The notes beneath the pieces were generated by a model. That model saw only the letters and a program-made list of their open reading frames with translations. It ran no database searches and was not told the DNA's origin. A stretch of 64,000 bases of DNA from Macrostomum lignano. Its lineage: Eukaryota. The translations under genes were made by a program, and so were the position numbers. Shown here piece by piece: positions 53,301 through 64,000 of this stretch (within the stretch, counting starts at the first letter, position 1; the number at the start of each line of letters is the position of its first letter). The stretch spans positions 186,001-250,000 of the forward strand of contig NIVC01000975.1 in the NCBI GenBank assembly GCA_002269645.1. Direction: 5' to 3'.

Positions 53301-56300
53301 TGACCAAACTAACTGAGGTCCCGAGCTCAAATCCTTAATCTAATCAGGCGCCACTCAATGAGGTCACGAGCTTGAGTCCTCAATCTGAATACACTGGATC
53401 CCAAGTTTAAATCCTTAACTTTTAAGACCTAAAGTCTTCAATTCGAATCAGTAATCTAAGACTTAAAGGTACCAGATTTGAATTCCCATTCTGTAGTGCC
53501 GAGGTCCCAAGTTCTAATCCATAATCTGAGACTCCAAAGTGCTGATTTTCTGATTAAAAAGTTAAACACGACCTCTAGCCCAGTATAGCGGTTCGAATCC
53601 CAATCCAAGCTACGACCGTTAAAATTCGAATAGTCGCATGAAAATCTAAATTTTTCCAAGATTCGAACCCAAAACGAACCTTTCTTCTTGTTGGAGCCGA
53701 TCTTCTGCCGCTGGCCCTGCTCGGCGGGTTCGTCAGCCGAAGACACGTCGGCCTCGCATTCGATGGTGAAGTTTCCAGGTGCCGGACAGCCGTCGCCTTC
53801 GCCTCGACCGCTGATGTCGCAGGAGTCGGCGAATCGGTCTTCGACTGGTCGATTATTGTCGTCGTCGGCATCGACGTGAACTAAAGCGACAGCGCAAGCC
53901 GGCGCCGTCGCAGTTGTCGTTGTCGAACCAATCGAGTTTGAGTCCGGCCATTCGTCCGCCGTTGAATAGCCAGCGTTGACGCTGCCTCTGGCCAGCTGCT
54001 GCTGCTGCTGCTGCCGTCGATGAAGCTGACGGTGCTGAAACGAGTCATCGGCCGAGACGCTGCGCGGATAAGCCTTCATAACGTGGACGAGGTTGCGCAC
54101 CTCACCGGAGGTCAGTCGGCGACCGTTGAGCACCAGGCGTTTGGGCTCCCGGCTGTTCAGCAGCGGCAGCAGCTGGGCGCGGTGGTCAGGCGCGGTCGCT
54201 GCCGGGTTGCCTCGAAGGTCCAGCTGAGAATGCAACGGCGGGCAGGGGCAGGTTGGAGCATCAGGCCCTAAACCGAAAATCCCTAATTCCTATAAACAGG
54301 TTGTAAGTTCTTAAGCCTATGAATTTTATGATTTGCTGCAAACCCCTGAACCCTCAGGTTGGCTGAAACTCTCGAACCTTCAGGTTGGCTGAAATCCCTG
54401 AACCTTCAGGCTGGCTGAAATCCCTGAACCTTCAGGCTGGCTAATATGCCTGAACCTTAAGATTGACTATTAAACTCTAAACTTCAGGTTGGCTGAAATC
54501 CCTGAACCTTCAGGTTGGCTGCTGAAGTCCCTGAACCTTCAGGTTGGCTGAAACCCCTGAACCCTCAGGTTACCTGAAACCCCATGAATTATTTTCGAGT
54601 GAACTCACACTCAACAGTCGACTCAAGCGTCGCAGGTCCCCAATAAGAGCCAGATGGCAGATGACATTATTGCTAGCGTCCAGCACTTCCAATCGTCGCA
54701 GATCCTCCAGACCGACCAGGCTTTCCAAGAAATTGTAGGCCAATCGGATTCGTCGAAGGTTGCGCAATGAGGCCAGGCTGGGCAGACGGTGCAGCCGGTT
54801 GAAGCTCAGGTTCAGGTTTTGCAGACTTTTCAGATGCTGGTCGAAAAGGGCGAGTGAGGAGAGAATACTTTACTAACTGTGCGCTTAGCGCCAGTATTTA
54901 AAGATGATTTCTATAAATAAAAACAACAATTACCTGCAACTCGTCAACTCTGACAAGCTGATTATAGCTCAGATCTAAATGGGTCAGCGCCACCAGGTAC
55001 CTCTGCAAGTTATTGCGAGTGAATAAAATACTGCTCTTCAGTTAGAAATTCGGCCAGACATTGTCTCTGCTCTCATCCACACTCTACTCTCACCCACGCT
55101 CTCTACTCTCACCATCGCTCTCTACTCTCACCATCGCTCTCTACTCTCACCCACGCTCTTTACTCTAACCCACGCTGTCTATTCTCATCGACACTACTCA
55201 CCCACGCTCTCTATTCTCACCCACGCTCTCTACTCTCAATCAGGGTCTCTACTCTCATCCACACTCTACTCTCACCCACGCTCTCTACTCTCAATCACGG
55301 TCTCTACTCTCATCCACACTCTACTCTCACCCACGCTCTACTCTCACCCGGCTCACTACTCTCACCCACGATCTCTACTCTCACCCACGCTCTCTACTAT
55401 CACCCAGGATCTCTACTTTCACTCCGGCTCTCTATTCTCCCCTACGCTCTCTATTCTCCCCCACGCTCTCTATTCTCCCCTACGCTCTCTATTCTCCCCC
55501 ACGCTCTCTATTCTCCCCTAAGCTCTCTATTCTCCCCCACGCTCTCTATTCTCCCCTACGCTCTCTATTCTCCCCCACGCTCTCTATTCTCCCCCACGCT
55601 CTCTATTCTCCCCTACGCTCTCTATTCTCCCCCACGCTCTCTATTCTCCCCTACGCTCTCTATTCTCCCCCACGCTCTCTATTCTCCCCTACGCTCTCTA
55701 TTCTCCCCCACGCTCTCTATTCTCCCCCACGCTCTCTACTCTCACCAAGGCTTTCTTTTATCACCCACGCTCTCTACGCTTACCCTCTCTAAAATCCCGG
55801 CTCCCAACTCACCACAGACAGGTCCAAGTGCCGAAGCCGGCAGCCAGAGAAGCGCAGATGCCTCAGTCTCGGCCATTCAGCGCCAGTTGTTCTGTCGCCA
55901 GCGCACAGCTCAATAACCGACTGGATGGCAAATATTGGCGACACAAGTTGTTGCATTTGATTAGCTTAGAAAGCGAAAAAATAGGAACACTAGAAGGGGG
56001 CGGAAGAACAGTAGGAGGGGGCGGAAGAACAGTAGGAGGGGGCGGAAGAGCACTAGAAGGGGCGGAAGAACAGTGCAAGGGGGCGGAAGAACACTAAAAT
56101 GGGGGCGGAAGAACACTAGAAGGGGCGGAAGAACACTAAAAGGGGCGGAAGAACACTAGAAGGGGCGGAAGAACACTAAAATGGGGGCGGAAGAACACTA
56201 AAAAAGGGGCAGAAGAACACTTAAATGGGGGCGGAAGAACACTAAAATGGGGGCGAAGAACACTAAAATGGTGGCAGAAGAACACTGAAATGGGGGCGGA

Positions 56301-57986
56301 AGAACACTAAAATAGGGGCGGAAGAACACTAGAAGGGGCGGAAGAACACTAAGAGGGTCGGAAGAAGAGTAAAATGGGGGCGGAAGAACAGTGGGAGAGG
56401 GCGGAAGAACTCTAGAAGGGGCGGAAGAACACTAAAATAGGGGCGGAAGAACACTGAGGGGCGGAAGAAGAGTAAGAGGGGGGCGGAAGATCAGTAAAGC
56501 GGGAGGAAGAGAACAAGTAAGACAGGCTCACCATGAGAGTAGCGGCGCAAGAATCCACATCCAAAGACCTGAGGGCATCACGCCGCTCGCTGAGATTGAG
56601 CAGCAGATGCATTGGCACGGATTTCAGGCGCAATCGGACCAGCGAGTGAAACCGAGCCAAGTCCAACTGGCCCTCGATTGTGGCGTCGTTGTGGACCAGC
56701 TGCGAGTCAGTGCGAGATTCGATTTTAAACACGAGCGTAAAGGGACAAAAATTTCTAATACAATCGTTGGATCTAGTGGTAGTAGGTTAGTTCGGCATGC
56801 ACTGATCTTGGGAGATATTATTGGGAGATATTATCACATGGATATTGGGAGAAATTATTAAGGGGAATTTGGAGATATTATCAAGGGGAATTGGAAGATA
56901 TTATCAAGGGGAATTGGAAGATATTATCAAGGGGAATTTGGGGATATTATCAAGGGAATTTGGAGATATTATCAAGGGGAATTTAGAGATATTATCAAGG
57001 GGAATATGAAGGTATTATCAAGGGGAATTGGAAGATATTATCAAGGGGAATTAGGAGATATTATCAAAGGGAATTTGGAGATATTATTAAGGGGAATTGG
57101 GAGATATTATCAGGGGAATTGGGAAATATTCTCAAGGGGAATTGGGAAATATTCTCAAGGGGAATTGGGAGATATTATCAAGGAGAATTTTGAGATATTA
57201 TCAAGGGGAATTAGGAGATATTATCAAAGGGAATTCGGAGATATTATCAAGGGGAATTTAGAGATATTATCAAGGGGAATATGAAGATATTATCAAGGGG
57301 AATCGGAAGATATTATCAAGGAGAATTTTGAGATATTATCAAGGGGAATTAGGAGATATTATCAAAGGGAATTTGGAGATATTATCAAGGGGAATTAGGA
57401 GATATTATCAAAGGGAATTTGGAGATATTATCAAGGGGAATTGGGAGATATTATCAGGGGAATTGGGAAATACTCTCAAGGGGAATTGGGAAATATTCTC
57501 AAGGGGAATTGGGAGATATTATCACATGGATATTGGGAGAAATTATTAAGGGGAATTTGGAGATATTATCAAGGGGAATTGGAAGATATTATCAAGGGGA
57601 ATTAGAAGATATTATCAAGGGGAATTAGAAGATATTATCGAGGGGAATTGGGAGATATTATCAAGTATTATCAATAAATCATATATTGATTAAACAGCTA
57701 CATGAAAAGAATATTAAATTAATAAAACAATTTCAACAGACCTCGAGATTTTCCGCTTTACTAATAGCAATCTCAACAATTTTGGCATGCTCAGTGGCAG
57801 ACGCGGCCGATGCAGTGAGGCCAGCAAGCGGCGCATGATTAGCGGATGAGACCGACGACACGGACACGAATTCGTCATCCTCAGCATCAGCAAGAAGAAG
57901 CTGGGATTGGCGCGGTAGGCAGCGCAGGATGCGAGCGCAGACTGGCGTGTCCAGAACTAAGCAGCTGGACGGGCCCAGAGATGACG
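50369..57986 (-). CDS. STK11IP: Serine/threonine kinase 11-interacting protein-like (LRR, Cys-rich and PH-like regions); first exon not located
   Basis: Exons 57986-57742, 56699-56532, 55920-55813, 55002-54934, 54836-54609, 54223-53680, 53182-51882, 51397-50369, with GT-AG borders and matching phases. Motifs FHSLVRLRLKSVP, LTHLDLSYNQL, LDLRGNP....DHRA, LRQRYG, CARCEHSF...PVCPSCGSEFI and W.LRFGVELP agree with the STK11IP family as recalled; not database-checked. Confidence 0.8.
51445..51830. repeat. 35-bp near-perfect tandem repeat (CTGCTCATGTACACAAGTGCCTGTTTGAGTAGGGA)
   Basis: Direct reading; no spacers. Confidence 0.95.
54345..54580. repeat. ~26-bp minisatellite with internal palindrome CCTGAACCTTCAGG
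   Basis: Direct reading. Confidence 0.85.
55070..55790. repeat. CT-rich ~19-21-bp minisatellite
   Basis: Direct reading (GCTCTCTATTCTCCCCCAC). Confidence 0.9.
55985..56500. repeat. ~21-bp minisatellite (GGGGCGGAAGAACACTAAAAT)
   Basis: Direct reading. Confidence 0.9.
56810..57665. repeat. ~21-22-bp minisatellite (GGAGATATTATCAAGGGGAATT)
   Basis: Direct reading. Confidence 0.92.
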
Positions 57987-60465
57987 CTGCGTTTGCACAG
58001 GTTTGGGTAGGGAAGTTATGATCTCTCAGTGTAACTAGATTACTACTAGACCACTACTAGATTAAATTTTTGCTGCATGCCACTGTGAAGTGTGATCCAG
58101 AGACAGTAAGAAATGTTTGAGATCAGGTAGCTTTCGTGGCCAGAAGTTCCTTGGAGCATGAAATGCGCAATTGCCAGCCAACCCAGCCAATCTGGCTGGC
58201 ATAAATTGTGGCAACTTGCAATTTTTCAATTAAAACTAAATCACATAGCCAGTGTGATTTCAGAGGTTGCGCAAGTATGACCAAAAAGGCGCCAGACCAC
58301 CTTGGAAATTTGACTTGGGATTAAGTCAAGGAGTTATTCAACACCAATCCGATGACCTTTATTGCACAGGCAATTCCAATGTAAGCTGTAGCGCCATGTT
58401 GCCAGCCATCAAGAGTGCTAGAGTGTCTTTGCGCAACGAATTGAGTGCCCTGAATATCAATAGAAAAGCACCTCAATTACAACACAAAGATTTTCTCTAA
58501 CAAGAATACTTTTATCATCAACCCCAATGCATAACTGGCAGGACACAGACAGGTAGCTAAATCATTTTGACAAAGCATTGAGTGTCATCAGTGTGTCAGG
58601 GAATGTCATACTTACAGTGTGGTTTCCTAAGGGTTACTGTCTCATTAGCACTGACTACCAATGTATGTTGGCAAACACATTGCTACCCCAGTTTGTTGGG
58701 AAACTAATAATTAAACAAAAACATTTTCTAACAAAATAGCACTCTAGAGAGCACACATTAAACTTAGTCTAGACTTAGATGGTTAATTAACAATGTGTGC
58801 CTATAGGACAAGTCATTGTTGCCTCCTCAAAGTCTAGACCTAAACACATTAAACAATGTCAATAGTTTGCAGGTAGTCTATTTGCTCAATTTGCTCTTAA
58901 TAAATAAATGATAGTTGTGTATATGACATAGTAAAACAATTACAAATTATTTAAGCAATAAGTCTATACTGTACTATCTGTACTATATGGAAATTATTTA
59001 TGAAGTCAGTTTAATATCTTAGTTGTATAACTAAAAACATATTATAGTTCCTTATTAGCCCCTAATAGCCTAATGTTTTTTCTCTATCCCAGTATATTAT
59101 ATCATATATTAGTTTCATAAAAAAGTCAATCTAATTTTCCCTAAAGCTTATATCATTAGATTAGAAATTTGCTAGATTAGTTGATTTGCAGTCTTATTTG
59201 ATTAAAATATATAAATAAATTAAACACAAAGGCCATAGAACATAAGTTGATTCCTATATTTTTCAATTTTAGCCTTATTTATTTAACATAAAAAGCCAAT
59301 AAGACATAAATAAATGAATGAATAAATAAATCTTCCTGTAATAATTATACATTAATTAAGTTTGCTTTGTTCTGAATCAACTGTCTAAAGTTGCTTTTTT
59401 TAAAACCTGTCTAGCTGACTTTAAAAAAAAGCTTTTAATTAATAGTCATTTTGATGATCTAGGGGGGAGTGGTACTAATCTAAATCAAATGGTGCTGATC
59501 TAGGGGGGGGGGGGCGATGCAAACCTAGAAAGAGAATAAGCTACATTATAACTTTGATATTAATACTTTCAAGTTGGTTAATAAGAGATGTTCATGAGGT
59601 TGCTTATTACTGCAAAGCATATCTTATATTCTTTTCTAATTTGGATATTATAAACAGTCACCAAAAATAAACCGAAGCATTAAAAAACAAATTATTATAT
59701 TAAAGCTAAACACTTTAGTATTAGTACTTTAGATTTTGATGTAAGATGCTTGATTTTCTAGTCAATTCAGGCTTAATTGTACTATATATTAGAGTGATAA
59801 TAACTGGTTTAATTGGTTTAATTTAACTTTATTGTATTTGTTTAATGAGTGGCTTTGATAATATATAAACAATTCTAGTCTATAGTACTATGCCATAAAT
59901 ATATGCTGCTTCAATGTAACAATTCTATTTTTTAAATCTATATAAAAAACTATGTAAATATCTTTTAAAAAATAAAAACACATTCTTTGCAAACCTAGAC
60001 TTCCAACCACAATCCAAAAGATATATACAGTGTATGCCAGAATTTTATAGTGTGCATTCTAAAACCTAAGTGTAGGGTACCAGTTGTTTTAGTGACAAGT
60101 TTTTTCTTTGACAAACACATTTTACCTTTGGTAAAAAATGGAAGATTCTGTGACTAATAGTCATTTTAATGACAAGAGGCATTGCATAATATCAGTTTTT
60201 AGTTTTCTAGTTCTTTTGTTAAGATTTATTTTTGGTGTATACTTGGAAAACTTGGTTGAAAGATTTAACATATATATTTGTATTTAGGAAATTTAGGAAA
60301 TAAATCTAACTAATTCTTTTGTTTTATTTTTATGCAGATTATTTTTTAATTTTCCTAGAATATTCAGACATATAAACAATAAACATATAGAAGATCCTCA
60401 TCATAAAATGCCAATTACAACAACAACAACAACAAAATACACTGTCAGGATGGCAAAAGTCAGCG

Positions 60466-60774
60466 TCACAGGGCGCACTTCATGGCTTGGGTGTGAACAA
60501 AGGCCACACCACTGGCAGTGTCTGGGGCACTGGCATCAGCCAGCAGACAGTCGACATAACACCAAGTTTGCGCTTGACCTTGCTGGTAGGGTGCCTGCAG
60601 CATGAGCAGCAGCACCTCCTGCACCGGCTGTGGGCAGTACAACTCGGTGCGGATGAGATGGCCTGCAAGCTGGAGTTGCAAACGGTGCAGTAGATCACTT
60701 GGACATGGCAGGCCAGCGCGGCAATAGAGTGCTGCATTGGTGACTTGCTTGACACCAATGTTGAAGGTGAGCAA
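60466..60774 (-). mobile_element. 3' fragment of a non-LTR retrotransposon (RTE-like ORF2 C-terminus), mutated
   Basis: L..LAGHLIR....G.A.T..YVD.L..D resembles the RTE-clade C-terminal signature (RRL.LAGH..R...RGRP..TY.D.L..D). Confidence 0.6.
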
Positions 60775-61202
60775 ATTACAAGAAAAGCAAAAAGAAATAT
60801 TTAAAATAAAAAATAAAAAGAATAATACTTACTAATTTAGAAAACATCTGAAATTTTAAGTTTCATAGTACTTATAATTGGCAAGATAATTTTTTTATTT
60901 GTAACCACAAAGGCTACCACTAAACAGATCTTTTTTATCACCAAGATGACTTTTGCTTGTCACCAAAAAAACTGTTACCAAAATGTCTTGTTACTAAAAT
61001 GACTATAATAATCTTTAGTGTACATGGTGTAAAAATAAATAAAATTGTTGTGAGCATGCACAATTGCTATATAATATATAGCACAGTGTGCCAGTATACA
61101 TGCATACATACATGCACAACAGTTGGCCGAGTTGGCTGATCAGGCTGACCAAATTGGCAGCCAACTAAGGTATGTTGCTAAAATTCCCACTCAAATAAAT
61201 AC

Positions 61203-62382
61203 TAGTGATGGATCCAAAAAGTCTTACTTTTATAGGAATCCGAATGATTCGGATTCGGTAATTTTTTTTTTCTGAATATTTCCGAATGTGCTTCTAAAAT
61301 TCAAATCTAAAATAAAAATTGCAAATCAAGAAACCAAAGCATACAACCCGTTAAATAAAGAAACTAAAAACTAAAAAGAAAGAAAATTACAAGGCAAAGA
61401 GCAAAATCTATCATGTTATTCTTTTTTACTACGATTGTCTATTTTTGCAGCAATATATGTTTAAAAAAAGTTAAATAAGTAAATTTACTAAACCTAGGGA
61501 CCCGTAAGACAATAAACCTAAAGTTAGGGAAATATTTTGGTAATTATTGTTTAAGTGTAATAACAGGTTTTTTCAAAATGCAAAACTGCAACTGAATGGG
61601 TCACATGGACTGTATGTACGGTAAAATTATCATAATTGCACTGTATATATATATGTCACTCATTAGCTATAGTCAGTAGTACTAGAATTAGATGTTCATG
61701 TAACACGGTAGAAGTAGAACTGAATTTCCTATCTAAGTCTGTCTCTTTAAATTTGGTTTCGCGATAGATATTAGTAGAGGTCGGACAAGCAGAAGATTTT
61801 GGTCATGCGTGAATTTTTCAAAGTCAGGGGTGATCGTAATCGTGAATTTATATTAGCATACATGTATATTGAGCTTGTAAGTTACAAGTGTTGAAAATAA
61901 CAAACAAGAAAAGAAATCATACTCGTATATTGATAATAGCTACTGGGCCGTAATGCTATCAAGTCAACAAATTTAAAATTTATTAATTCTTTACTCATTC
62001 GTGTTCACGTTTTTTGGTAAATCAAGTAGAAAAGTTGTATTTCTAATAAAAACGTAAGCAGAAATTCACAACTGTTGGAACAGGTTTCAACAAAATTACT
62101 ATTGTGAAAAAATGGTCCTGAGTTCACGATTGTGATCACATCCGACCCCTAAGATAAAAGTACGAGTACGAATATAAGCCCAGGAGAGATGGAATCTTGT
62201 CAGTCAATTTATGTGCGCACTAATTAGATGACGAGAAATTTTTGTAAATTAAAAGAGTCATAGTTACACCCCGCTGTTTACCTTACACTTTTTGCTTACA
62301 TTCAGATTCGGATTCAGATTTTTTTTGTACATTCGGATTCGGTTTCGGAAACTTGCAAAAATCCACATTTGGTCCATCACTA
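61203..62382. mobile_element. Non-autonomous hAT-like DNA transposon
   Basis: TIRs TAGTGATGGATCCAAA / TTTGGTCCATCACTA, exact 8-bp TSD ATAAATAC (61195-61202 and 62383-62390), and subterminal ATTCGG repeats at both ends. Confidence 0.85.
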
Positions 62383-62854
62383 ATAAATACCAAAGTAGTA
62401 CTAAGTAGATAATGAGGCATTTTGCTTTAATAAGACAGTCATAGTTACCCCTGTTGTTTACCCAAAGTTGCATTAATTTTGCTGCTTTAGGGTTTCTTTT
62501 ATATGTAAGTTGCAATTTTGGCCAAAAACTACCTATGTCACATTTTTTGTCAAAACTAAGTTGCACTGTTGACCAAATTTTGGAATTGGCACATGTATGT
62601 ATTCATGGCATACATAATTGGATTTGTTTTGTTTGTAAATTTTATAGCATGTTTGTTTGCATTTATGTATATCTGCTTAGTAGTACCATGCATTTATAAA
62701 TTTGGTTCAACACATTCTGGTATACATTTAGCATGATCTAGACTATACTATATGCTTCTAACTTGCTTCTGTATCAAACTGTCTTGGCCCCAGAATATTA
62801 AGGGGTCTAGGAATTTAGCACCAAAATGCCTAGCACTAAAAGTGTCTGGCTACC

Positions 62855-63542
62855 CTAAACTAGACCAATTGTTTTAGATACTAGAAATATAAATGGACTC
62901 AATAGAGACCAAAATATTATATGAATTAGAATTAGCATTACTAAAAATCAGAATGCTTAGGCTATTTATAAACAATTGCCTAGTAGTAATACTAGGCCTA
63001 TTGAATAATTATTAAAAACATTAATAAAAATAAAAACTTTTAGCTTAATTTAAAAAGCATTTAGCAAGTTGGATTAAAAGATCTTTTTCTGAACATTTCA
63101 TATGTTGGCTGCTACTTAAAGATTCCATTATTTTAATAGTTGACAATTCTTTGAATAGGATTTTTTGATGTGAATACCACCAAGATTGCCACACATTAGC
63201 CCCCAAATAGACCAATTGTTTTGGATAGGCCTACTAAGAAGTATAATTAGATACAATAAAGACAAAAATATTGTCATTAGCATTACTAAAAATCTTAATG
63301 CTTATTTGTAGACAATTGTCTAATAGTAATACTAGGCCTATTGAATAATTATTAAAAACATTGTAAAAAATAAAAGCTCTTAGTCTTACCATTATTTGTG
63401 AAGCATTTAGCAAGTTGGATTAAAAGATCTTCTTCTGAACATTTTACATGTTGGCTGCTACTTGAAGAGCCCATTATTTCAATAATTAACAATTCTTTAA
63501 ATGGGATATTTGATTTGAATACCACCAAGACTGCCACACATT
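62855..63542. repeat. Diverged ~345-bp tandem duplication
   Basis: 62855-63198 and 63200-63542 share ordered blocks (AGACCAATTGTTTT, GTAATACTAGGCCTATTGAATAATTATTAAAAAC, AGCATTTAGCAAGTTGGATTAAAAGATC, GAATACCACCAAGA.TGCCACACATT). Confidence 0.85.
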
Positions 63543-64000
63543 TGAACTACTACACATGTGAGAGGAGGCCGGTAGGAATTCAGCTCAACCTTTTATGTTA
63601 ATTTTCAATAGGTTTTATAGTACAATACAGAATAGACAAACTACAAACAATATCATTTTATATCTCAAAAAGCATTAAAGCTTAGGCATTTACTAGTTGA
63701 AACAAAGGCGTAGACAAAATATATATTTGACTTTTCGGTGCCGCTGCTGTTTTTTAGACAATCGGATAAATCAGCTATTAACTTTGACTTAAAATTTAAA
63801 TTCCAGCCAGTCAAGGTTTGATTTCATGTTAGTTGAATGTGTTGGCCGTCAATTCAGTGGGGCTATAAGCTCTATATAGTCGCTGTTAATATTAATTACA
63901 ATGGAATATTAAAAACGACAGATCTTTTTACTCTCAAGAAGAAAAATTAAAGCTATATATATCGCGCAGGCATAGTTTCAAAGAACGCGATTGCAATTAA

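Noticed and set aside
55985-56500. Array of GC boxes (GGGGCGG) suggesting a promoter
   Set aside because: Part of an intronic minisatellite unit; no other promoter evidence.
61775-62151. Possible nested MITE (TAGAGGTCGGA ... TCCGACCCCTA) inside the hAT element
   Set aside because: The inverted ends are short and imperfect, and no matching target-site duplication was found.

Overview
Eukaryotic (animal) genomic DNA with spliceosomal introns, GC-rich exons and a different tandem repeat in almost every intron. The style resembles a flatworm such as Macrostomum, but the species cannot be established from the sequence alone. The window has three parts. (1) 0-18 kb: a minus-strand RNI-type LRR gene, head-to-head with a 10-exon filamin-like gene (three CH domains, jitterbug-like, about 1342 aa), plus two inverted copies of a tRNA-derived SINE. 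(2) 19-45 kb: a tandem cluster of six related C2H2 zinc-finger genes or remnants, all on the minus strand, heavily invaded by transposons. These are an intact tyrosine-recombinase (Ngaro/DIRS-group) retrotransposon nested in a decayed Gypsy, a very young intact Ty3/Gypsy element (LTRs identical by eye, CCTAC TSD) splitting one ZNF ORF, a deleted mariner and a possible Helitron. (3) 45-64 kb: long repeat arrays, a minus-strand STK11IP-like gene, and a CpG-depleted AT-rich tract with an RTE-like LINE fragment and a non-autonomous hAT element (8-bp TSD). The most notable observation is in the YR retrotransposon. Neither RT/RNaseH nor YR has a usable AUG. One strong donor in gag and two strong acceptors, all phase 1, would fuse the same SAP plus coiled-coil Gag N-terminus in frame to either RT/RH or YR. 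The same junctions also carry a UGA-CUA readthrough context and an in-phase UUUUUUA slippery site, so competing expression models can be tested.
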